This document shows positions 37,261-44,574 of a DNA stretch of 48,734 bases, piece by piece. How positions within the stretch are numbered: the first letter of the stretch is position 1; the number at the start of each line of letters is the position of its first letter. The stretch comes from an uncultured Candidatus Bathyarchaeia archaeon (GTDB taxonomy: Archaea > Thermoproteota > Bathyarchaeia > TCS64). The stretch is from the NCBI GenBank assembly GCA_964447425.1, contig CAYUTB010000004.1, positions 1,559 through 50,292 on the forward strand, given 5' to 3'. The notes beneath the pieces are model-generated. The model had not been told where the DNA came from, ran no database searches, and saw nothing but the letters and a program-made list of their open reading frames with translations. The translations under genes were made by a program, and so were the position numbers.

Positions 37261-37284
37261 TTTTTATCCCTTAAAGGATAAAAA
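37261..37284. promoter_or_regulatory. 9-bp-arm inverted repeat in the nuoA upstream region (candidate operator/TATA region)
   Basis: The sequence TTTTTATCC-cttaaa-GGATAAAAA lies 57-80 nt upstream of the nuoA ATG (37204). It contains TATA-like TTTATCC/TTTAAGG on the minus strand. Confidence 0.35.
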
Positions 37285-37611
37285 TATTACGAATTGAGAA
37301 AAACGCATAGTATTTAGAAATCATTATAAACAATAACGCATAAATTAATTGTACAATATGTAAAATAATTGTGTTTAATTTTACTTATTGCTGAGTGTTT
37401 ATGAGATTGAGTTTCAGAATAATAACATCATTTAAGAGAAAAAGAATCAATACGAATTGTATAAATATAGATATGAGGCTTTACATAATGTAAATATTAG
37501 GCAAAGTACTATGCCCAATATGTATAGTTTGGGTGGGAGTGTTTTTATATCTCTTGATATTTATTGTAATTAGGTCAAGACCTTTCAGCAAGGTTGTACC
37601 TCAAATGACCT

Positions 37612-37655
37612 AAATGTTGGGAACTCCCCTAATCTTGAATCGGTTCCCAACATTT
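37612..37655 (-). terminator. perfect 13-bp stem hairpin just downstream of the Lrp gene
   Basis: The sequence AAATGTTGGGAAC-(18 nt)-GTTCCCAACATTT starts 18 nt after the stop of the 37673..38104 gene on the minus strand. No strong oligo-T follows, so its role as a terminator is inferred. Confidence 0.4.
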
Positions 37656-37672
37656 CTTCTTAACATAAAAAA

Positions 37673-38104
37673 TTACATTGAACCTACGAGAGGTTTTCCC
37701 AGTATCTCGACATCAATAAAGTTGACACAATGATAATATCTGAAATCATCAATATTTTTCTCCAAGATCTCATCACTCTCACCGAAGATTAATACTCTCA
37801 AGTTCGATTTTTCCATAGACTTGAATCCCATTAAAACCCAAGGCAACTGACCAAGCTTTGTGAGACATTCATCCCATTGAGCTTCGCTTTTTACTTCCAA
37901 CCCGAGGATGGCCATTTTTCCACCCTGATTCTTTATATTAACGCGTGCCGAGAGCGTGATTAGGTCATCATCTATCATTCGATCCATTCTATTTTTTACT
38001 GTGACACGGGAGATACCAAGAGTATCAGCAATCTGAGTATAGGGCATACGAGGGTCTTGCCTCAGCAATTTGATTATACTTATATCGGTGTCATCGAGAG
38101 CCAT
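37673..38104 (-). CDS. Lrp/AsnC family transcriptional regulator
   Basis: 143 aa with the HTH DDTDISIIKLLRQDPRMPYTQIADTLGISRVTVKNRMDRMIDDDLI. Confidence 0.85.
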   Translation of the reverse strand: MALDDTDISIIKLLRQDPRMPYTQIADTLGISRVTVKNRMDRMIDDDLITLSARVNIKNQGGKMAILGLEVKSEAQWDECLTKLGQLPWVLMGFKSMEKSNLRVLIFGESDEILEKNIDDFRYYHCVNFIDVEILGKPLVGSM

Positions 38105-38555
38105 TGTAATCTCATTGAATACGCGCTTCTAGTATATTTACTTTACAAATTGTACAGTCGAGAATTAATATTTAGTATATTGTGAGAGAAAAAAAAGAAA
38201 AATAGTATAGAATAGGGCACTGTCCCAGGATAATTAACTGCATTTCTGCCAAAACGGAGTCTGTTGCGCCGACTCAGAATTTTTCACAACGCTGTGACAT
38301 AAAACACATCATTCGACCCCAAGAACAGCCAGTGTTTTAGTGTATACTCTAGACCTGTCTGATGAGCACGCGCTACTAATCCACAATTTTCTCTTTTTAA
38401 CTATATTTTTCTGCATTTAATCTAGTTTGATAGAACCATCAATATGCTGACAAGTATGGGTTTAACCAACTTTTCTATTTCATAGTTTGATTGCTTAAAC
38501 AGTAAAATTCTACATAACTATAAAAACTTCCTAGCGGTAATTTAGCAGAACAAAA

Positions 38556-39290
38556 TTGAATGGCGCAGTCTCAGTGTTATATGCCTTCTTTGTTGAAAAA
38601 CTCCCATACATTACCATAGCGGTCTTCTCGATAGGAATGCTTCTAAGGGTTCAAAGATGGCGGAACGCACCAAAAGATCTTCATACTCCAAAGATGGACG
38701 TTGTTGAATCAATCAAATACATCGTGCTAGACGTGATGCTATTCAGAAAGACCTTCAAAAGAGATAAACTCACTTGGCTTCTTATCTTCGCATTCCATGG
38801 CAGCATAGGTGGAATACTGTTTGGCCACATGAGGGGATTCCATCTCTGGTCAGCCTCACTATTTGATCCATTGGGTCACTGGATGGTTGATTTTATGATT
38901 CATACGTTGCCCGTTTACATGGGGTGGCTACTGATTGGATCCACTTTTCTGCTCCTTGTTAGGAGAATGAGGATCGAGGACAAGCAGCTCAGCTCATTTA
39001 CAAACGACTATGTTGCGTTGTTGATTGTGCTTCTCGCAGCGATTGTGGGTCAGGGGATGAGGCTGTTTCCGCCGGAAGCGTTGCCTACTGAGATCTATAA
39101 TGTGGTCTTTATTCCAAGGCTCATTGTGCTGCATCTTGAGGCGGTGCCGAGTTATCACTGGTTCCACTGGCACGTACTGCTCACACAGGTATTCGTAATG
39201 TATATGCCCTTCAGTAAATTCATACACATACTCACGGGGGTAATTTCCCCAGCCATCTATGGTTCAAGGAGGAAAGAACTTGGCATCTAA
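38556..39290 (+). CDS. NarI/HdrE/DsrM-family di-heme b-type membrane subunit
   Basis: 244 aa with 5-6 TM helices and conserved His in the helices (FAFHGSIGGILFGH, HWFHWH). It has a TTG start and is followed by a CCG-domain FeS protein. Confidence 0.7.
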   Translation: MNGAVSVLYAFFVEKLPYITIAVFSIGMLLRVQRWRNAPKDLHTPKMDVVESIKYIVLDVMLFRKTFKRDKLTWLLIFAFHGSIGGILFGHMRGFHLWSASLFDPLGHWMVDFMIHTLPVYMGWLLIGSTFLLLVRRMRIEDKQLSSFTNDYVALLIVLLAAIVGQGMRLFPPEALPTEIYNVVFIPRLIVLHLEAVPSYHWFHWHVLLTQVFVMYMPFSKFIHILTGVISPAIYGSRRKELGI

Positions 39291-40512
39291 CATACAGGAT
39301 AAGGCAAAGGAGGCTCTGGGTAAATTCACGCGTCGCCAACTCATGGAGTTGGACACTTGCAGCCACTGTGCATTATGCACCGAGAATTGCCCAGCATATA
39401 ATGAGTCAAAGAATGTACTGCATGCACCGGGGGTACGCGCCTCAAAGGTACTGAAGCTCTTCGATAAGAAACACAGCTTCTGGACCAAGATATTCGGTGA
39501 GAAGGAGATCACAGAGAAGGACATAGCGGATCTAGCTGAGAGCACGTATCACTGCAGCCTCTGCGGCAGGTGTATGGAGTCATGCCCATTCGGGTTCCAG
39601 ACCCATGAGCTGTGGGTGAGGATCAGGGAGATCGTTGACGCGATGGAGGCGACTCCCGAGAACGTTGCACGGCTCGCTGATCTCCTTGACGAGAACATGA
39701 ATCCCTATGGGTTGGAGCCTGATACGCGTCTTGACTGGAGCTTATTCACTGATCTGGATGATGCGCCGGAGCTTTCTGAGGCGGAGATCGCGTATTTCGT
39801 CGGCTGCACCACAGCGTATAAGGGTGCAAACCATGAGGTGGCTTTCTCCATATGCTCTATTCTGGAGAATCAGGGAGAAAACTGGACGCTGCTCGGGGAG
39901 GATGAATGGTGCTGCGGGGCACCCAGCATAATGGCGGGTAAAGAAGAAGAGGCTAAGAAGTATGCTGAGCACAACGTGGAGCTACTGGAGTCAAAGAAGG
40001 TTAAACGGGTAATCACTGGCTGCGCTGGATGCTACAGGATGTTTAAGTTTGAGTATCCGGTGATCCTCGGGAGAAAGCCGGACTTTGAGGTACTTCACGC
40101 TGTCCAATACTTGAATGAACAGCTCAGCAGCGGTAAGCTCAAAGTGGAGAAAGGCAACGAGAAGATCATCTACCATGATCCATGTGAGCTGGGGAGACTC
40201 AGCGGCGTCATCAGGGAGCCACGTGAAGCGTTATCACATCTGACCTCGGATATGATTGAGTTTGATGAACATGGCGTGGACTCCAAGTGTTGCGGAGGCG
40301 GAGGTCTATTGCAGGCCGTGGATAATGAGATGCGTCTCAACATCGTGAAGGAGAAGCTGGATGAAGCCGTGGAGAAGGGAGCCACGATATTGGTCTCTGC
40401 TTGTCCGGCGTGTAAGCTGGCTTTTGTGGATGGTGTGCGTGAGTTCAAGCATGATATCGAGGTCCTTGATATTCATGAACTCGTGGCAAAGAGGCTTGGC
40501 GTGTTAGGTTAA
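39259..40512 (+). CDS. HdrD/DsrK-like iron-sulfur protein (4Fe-4S dicluster plus two CCG domains)
   Basis: 417 aa with CSHCALCTENCP and CSLCGRCMESCP, then CCG motifs (WCCGAP, KCCGGGG) and ACPACK. The ATG at 39259 overlaps the upstream gene by 32 nt, and an alternative start exists at 39343. Confidence 0.8.
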   Translation: MVQGGKNLASNIQDKAKEALGKFTRRQLMELDTCSHCALCTENCPAYNESKNVLHAPGVRASKVLKLFDKKHSFWTKIFGEKEITEKDIADLAESTYHCSLCGRCMESCPFGFQTHELWVRIREIVDAMEATPENVARLADLLDENMNPYGLEPDTRLDWSLFTDLDDAPELSEAEIAYFVGCTTAYKGANHEVAFSICSILENQGENWTLLGEDEWCCGAPSIMAGKEEEAKKYAEHNVELLESKKVKRVITGCAGCYRMFKFEYPVILGRKPDFEVLHAVQYLNEQLSSGKLKVEKGNEKIIYHDPCELGRLSGVIREPREALSHLTSDMIEFDEHGVDSKCCGGGGLLQAVDNEMRLNIVKEKLDEAVEKGATILVSACPACKLAFVDGVREFKHDIEVLDIHELVAKRLGVLG

Positions 40513-40513
40513 G

Positions 40514-41383
40514 ATGAATGAGCAGGCGTATGACTATGGAGTACTCTTGAAGCCAAAGGTACTCCTGGCTATGCTTGCATTATATTTGACTACTTTTTTC
40601 ACCAGCTCCATATACTCTGGTGGCTTAAATTTTGATTATCTTGAGTTTTTCATAGGTTTTATGGCGGTGGCGTTTAGCGTCAGCGGCGCCAATGCGTTGA
40701 ACTGTGTGTATGACAGGGATATTGATTCATTGATGGTGAGGACAGGTGGGCGCCCACTGGTGCGTGGTTCCATTAGTGTGGCTGATGCGAGTTTCTTCAG
40801 CTGGACCATGATGGCTGCGTCGGCTGTGCTCGCGGTGTATCTGGGTCTCATACCGGTTATTCTGCTCGTTGAGGGAGCTGGTAGCTATCTGTTGCTCTAT
40901 ACGGTGCTATTGAAGAGGAAGACCAGCATCAATGTATTATTTACTGCGCCCAGTGTGGCTGCTCCGGCTTGGTTCGGCTGGTATCTCGGAGGAGCTCCCC
41001 TGATCCCTGTGGGGCTGGTTATGGGGTTATTGGTGGCTATCTGGGGTCCACTGCATCTCTGGAGTATCGCGTTTGCGTATAGCAAGGACTATGAGCGTGT
41101 GGGTGTGCCCATGTTTCCCAGCCTTGTGAGCCGCGAGCAGGCGATTAGAGGGATTTTGTTTGCCCTTGGATTGCTTCTTGGGTCTAGTTATCTGCTGGCG
41201 CTTTGGGTGGATTCGGCGTGGTATCTTGTAGGAGTCTCTGCGTTGAACCTCGTGTTGGTGGTGGCGGGAGTTAGACTGTATCGCTCCGAGAGTAACCATG
41301 ATGGGTGGGTCTTGTTTAAGTTGACCTCGCCGTATATTATCTTGGTTTTCCTGATTTTTATGTTTAGCCAGTACCTTGTTTAG
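40514..41383 (+). CDS. ctaB: protoheme IX farnesyltransferase (heme O synthase)
   Basis: 289 aa in the UbiA superfamily, with CtaB/CyoE-specific motifs NALNCVYDRDIDSLMVRTGGRPLVRG and LHLWSIAFAYSKDYERVGVPMFP. It starts 1 nt after the HdrD-like stop. Confidence 0.85.
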   Translation: MNEQAYDYGVLLKPKVLLAMLALYLTTFFTSSIYSGGLNFDYLEFFIGFMAVAFSVSGANALNCVYDRDIDSLMVRTGGRPLVRGSISVADASFFSWTMMAASAVLAVYLGLIPVILLVEGAGSYLLLYTVLLKRKTSINVLFTAPSVAAPAWFGWYLGGAPLIPVGLVMGLLVAIWGPLHLWSIAFAYSKDYERVGVPMFPSLVSREQAIRGILFALGLLLGSSYLLALWVDSAWYLVGVSALNLVLVVAGVRLYRSESNHDGWVLFKLTSPYIILVFLIFMFSQYLV

Positions 41384-41430
41384 GTATGGAGGGGTGGTAT
41401 GTAGGTGGTTTCCTTCATCGTTTTTAATGG

Positions 41431-42411
41431 GTGTTCATTGGTTTATGTATGAGATGGAAGGCTCACACCCGGACAGCTGAGAAGGTGCTGGGGGTTTTCA
41501 GTGCCTTGCATTTTGATAAGTATGAGAAGGATCTGGTGAATGGGGTTATCTCGCCGGATAACGAGGATACGCGGTCTCATTATGTGGGACGGGAGCAGAC
41601 CGCGTTGGATTATGTTGGGCGGGCTCGTGAGAGGCGGTTGGCGTATGATACTGCTGGGTGTTTTTTCCAGTTGGGGGTGGCGTTTCATTATATTCAGGAT
41701 ATGTGGACGGGTGTTGGGCCGGACTGTGAGGGGCATGAGGTTTATCTTGATCTGATTAACCGCTGTGAATTATTGGATGTCCATGAGAGCCTTGAACGGT
41801 ATTACCCGGTGGGGCGGAGGAGGGTTCTTGATCAGTTCCGGGGGCTGGAGAAGAGGCTTTCTAAGCCCGTGGAGTCTGAGGCTGAGCTGCGGGAGCTGGT
41901 TTTGATGAGGCGGCCTTTTGAGGGGTCTGCTTTTCTTGACCTGAACCTGAGTTTCAGGGTGTGTTATCGTGTGGCTGAGATGGTGTTGAGGACCATGTTG
42001 AATGTAAGCCTACAGGAGTCGTTGGAGCTGCTGCAGAACGAGTACGTTGAGAAGATACGGGATGCTGAGGCGGCTACGGTGGGGGAGATCGAGGCGGTGG
42101 AGGCTGAAGTGGGGCGTCTCGCATTGGGTGATTCTCAGCTTGGAGGCGTTAAGCAGTGGGGTCTTGAGAGGAAGCTCAGTGGTTTGTGTCGTGATTATGA
42201 GGCTAGGCGTCATTTGAGGCCGGTGGTTGCGGGGTTTGAGAGAAAGGTGGAGGAGCTCTGTAAGCCTCATGTTGGGTGGTATAATATCGATAGGCCGTCT
42301 CTGGATGTGGATAAGATACTGGCTCCATCGAAAGAAGAGGCAATTCAGGCTCAAGATGCTAGTGCTCTTGAGGATGAGCAGGTGCCTGATGCTTTTATTC
42401 TGTTATCATAA
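41431..42411 (+). CDS. hypothetical protein with atypical G/T-rich coding strand; possible zinc-dependent phospholipase C-like N-terminal region
   Basis: 326-aa ORF with a GTG start (alternative ATG at 41449, MRWKAHTRT). W..H near the N-terminus and GVAFHYIQD weakly resemble Zn-PLC/S1-P1-type motifs. The rest is Glu/Arg/Leu-rich and helical. The function is not supported beyond this. Confidence 0.35.
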   Translation: MFIGLCMRWKAHTRTAEKVLGVFSALHFDKYEKDLVNGVISPDNEDTRSHYVGREQTALDYVGRARERRLAYDTAGCFFQLGVAFHYIQDMWTGVGPDCEGHEVYLDLINRCELLDVHESLERYYPVGRRRVLDQFRGLEKRLSKPVESEAELRELVLMRRPFEGSAFLDLNLSFRVCYRVAEMVLRTMLNVSLQESLELLQNEYVEKIRDAEAATVGEIEAVEAEVGRLALGDSQLGGVKQWGLERKLSGLCRDYEARRHLRPVVAGFERKVEELCKPHVGWYNIDRPSLDVDKILAPSKEEAIQAQDASALEDEQVPDAFILLS

Positions 42412-42692
42412 ATTGTCTTATCAGATCGAGGTTTTACTTGATTTGCCCGTTTACTCTACCAGTTTTTTACTGTTATTGTGATCTATTCTGGGTTGTTCTG
42501 GGGCTGGTTTCGGCGTTGGAGGTTTGTTATGGGTTGGGATGTGTATACCCCCCCTCCCCCTTCAGCGGGATATCGGCTCTCACGGGATCTGATTACTGCT
42601 ACTTTACCCATCAGACGTAGGTATTCTGAGTATGGACAGGGGGTCAAGAGCTGTTACGCACTAGGTATTTATTTTCAGATTTTATCTTCAAT

Positions 42693-42827
42693 ATGATGCC
42701 TGAGATTGAGATCCCGGAGGAACTCTACGAGATATTAATGAGGGAATGCGAGGAACGAGGGGCTTCTATGGATGAGTTGATTTCTGAACTGATAATAAAA
42801 TTTGATAGATGTTTTAAACCCACATGA
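42693..42827 (+). CDS. 44-aa ribbon-helix-helix-like protein (not in the ORF track)
   Basis: It runs from ATG 42693 to TGA 42825-42827 and translates to MMPEIEIPEELYEILMRECEERGASMDELISELIIKFDRCFKPT. The beta-strand (IEIPEEL) followed by two helices matches the pattern of CopG/RHH antitoxins. It ends 23 nt upstream of the HNH gene. Confidence 0.45.
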   Translation: MMPEIEIPEELYEILMRECEERGASMDELISELIIKFDRCFKPT

Positions 42828-42850
42828 CAATGAATACCGAAGGGATTTAA

Positions 42851-44002
42851 TTGGCTGATTTTCATATTCGTGATTTGAATCAGATTCTTGAACGTGACGC
42901 GACGGATACCACCTATAAGTTCGCTTTGTTGAGGGCGGTTTCTGATGTTTGTCAGCGGCATGATCCTTTACGAGAAAGTGATGGATGGGTCTGGTTTCCA
43001 ACTGGGTATTTGGTTGAGAGGTGGTTGGAGTATTATTATCCGATAATTGATAGTGCGTTGTTTATCCCCCAGAAAGGGTCTGAGAAGACCCTTGATCAGC
43101 CCGGTTATAAGATTGCGTTCAGGGCTTTATTCAAGAAGATTACGGATTATTATAAGGAATGTGGAGATTTTAGGGAATTTTGGATCGATTATAAGAAAGG
43201 TCAGGTTCCTAGGGAGATTAATGGAGTGTGCCTTGAACTCGCTAAGAGTTTGTGGTATACTATTACTCGGTATCCAATGAAGCATCTCGGTTACTCGGCT
43301 TCTGGTGAACATTATGTATTCTTTAGATATTCGAATAGATCGGTAATTAGTAAGGATACAATTTTTTCGCGGGCTTTATTGTTTGATGAGTTTGGTGAGT
43401 TTTCCGTTAACTCAGGTTTCTATGATACTCTTCGTTTGTTCGGTTCTTATATTTCTGGGGAATATTCAATATTGAATAAATGGGTTGATTTTTCGGTCAA
43501 ATCGGATTCCTCGCGAAAGGTTGATCCTTCTTATGTTTTTTCTGTTTTGAACATGAGACCAGAGTCAGAGAGGGATGTGGGGGATGTGAGGAGTTTTTAC
43601 ATAGATTTGTTTAAGGAGCAGAGATACTTGGAATGTGTTTGGTCGGGTACTCGTATTAATTCTTGGAATAATGTGCATATTGACCATGTTATTCCGTTTT
43701 CTCTCTGGGGTAATAATGATTTATGGAATCTTTTACCTGCGCATCAGCGATATAATTCTCAGAAAAGTGATTTGATTCCTGCTATTTCTTTGCTTGAAAA
43801 TCGGAAAGAGCAAATTATTTCTTATTGGGAGTTATTGGAAAACGGTTTCAATTATAGATATAACAAGGAGATTGAGTATAATCTTCTCGACTCAAAACGT
43901 CTAGACACATCAATGGATACTATTTTTAATAAATTAATTAAAAAATGTGAGTATCTAATTGATGTCAGGGGGTTTTCCGAGTGGAATTTGAAGGTGCGAT
44001 AG
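42851..44002 (+). CDS. His-Me finger (HNH) nuclease-domain protein with an unrecognised ~270-aa N-terminal region
   Basis: 383 aa with a TTG start. The C-terminal motif HIDHVIPFSLWGNNDLWNLLPAHQRYNSQKSD (nt 43676-43771) has the DH...N...N..K layout of cysteine-less HNH domains (Cas9-HNH / GmrSD-DUF1524 style). Confidence 0.75.
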   Translation: MADFHIRDLNQILERDATDTTYKFALLRAVSDVCQRHDPLRESDGWVWFPTGYLVERWLEYYYPIIDSALFIPQKGSEKTLDQPGYKIAFRALFKKITDYYKECGDFREFWIDYKKGQVPREINGVCLELAKSLWYTITRYPMKHLGYSASGEHYVFFRYSNRSVISKDTIFSRALLFDEFGEFSVNSGFYDTLRLFGSYISGEYSILNKWVDFSVKSDSSRKVDPSYVFSVLNMRPESERDVGDVRSFYIDLFKEQRYLECVWSGTRINSWNNVHIDHVIPFSLWGNNDLWNLLPAHQRYNSQKSDLIPAISLLENRKEQIISYWELLENGFNYRYNKEIEYNLLDSKRLDTSMDTIFNKLIKKCEYLIDVRGFSEWNLKVR

Positions 44003-44320
44003 ATGATTAGAGTATATAACAAAGCAATTCGAGACAAAATACCAAAGATCATTGAAGAATCGGGATCAACGCCCAAAGTAAAAAAACTGAATGACAATGA
44101 TTTTTTAAAGGAACTAACAAAAAAAATCGATGAAGAGGTAAATGAATTTAAAGAAAGCAAAAAAGCTGAAGAACTTTGTGATCTTATTGAAATTGCTTAC
44201 AGAATTGCAGAATTATATGGTGTTTCAAATATGGAACTAGATCAAATTCGATCTGAAAAGAATCTGAAACGAGGAAAGTTTGATACGAATTTATTCTTAA
44301 TCCAAGTACAAGATAGCTAA
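44003..44320 (+). CDS. MazG-superfamily all-alpha NTP pyrophosphohydrolase (house-cleaning type)
   Basis: 105 aa. The motifs YNKAIRDKIPKII, EEVNEF, EELCDLIEIAY and KRGKF match the small 'phosphoribosyl-ATP pyrophosphohydrolase-like/MazG-like' family. Its ATG directly abuts the HNH stop. Confidence 0.8.
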   Translation: MIRVYNKAIRDKIPKIIEESGSTPKVKKLNDNDFLKELTKKIDEEVNEFKESKKAEELCDLIEIAYRIAELYGVSNMELDQIRSEKNLKRGKFDTNLFLIQVQDS

Positions 44321-44574
44321 AGTCCAAGCTCCTTGATCATTACTTTCTTTGATAATCGATAACAATTGGTTGATGTTTCTTTATCTGTGACTATGCCTTC
44401 ATGAACGATTATATTTCTAATTTGTCGGAAGTAATTTAATTCCTCATAAAGATCGGTTTCTAGAATATTTGATAGATTTAATGTTTCTAGTACAGGATAT
44501 GTAGTCCAATTGGAGGTATTTTTCCAAAGCCTGTTTTCTTTTTCAAACATAAAAAAAGTATAACACATATTCAT
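44317..44574 (-). CDS. mini-HEPN domain protein (Rx4H motif)
   Basis: 85 aa. The sequence LNYFRQIRNIIVHEG contains R-N-x3-H (nt 44401-44418), the HEPN RNase signature. Its ATG overlaps the PLD gene stop (ATGA at 44571-44574). Confidence 0.55.
   Translation of the reverse strand: MNMCYTFFMFEKENRLWKNTSNWTTYPVLETLNLSNILETDLYEELNYFRQIRNIIVHEGIVTDKETSTNCYRLSKKVMIKELGL

Noticed and set aside
38359-38365. A CUGAUGA motif (hammerhead core / C-box-like) sits in the GC-richer part of the Lrp-hdrE spacer. A related 15-mer (TAGCGCG(T)GCTCATCA) lies at 8390-8404 in inverse orientation.
   Set aside because: No matching D/D' boxes (CUGA) occur at sRNA-appropriate spacing. No GAAA/stem II-III arrangement for a hammerhead is present. 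The shared 15-mer with an indel is within chance expectation for 48 kb.
42438-42696. Two overlapping small ORFs (42438..42620 and 42478..42696) lie in the G/T-rich junction region.
   Set aside because: They overlap each other in different frames, are Gly/Trp/Phe-rich products of the skewed composition, and have no recognisable motifs.
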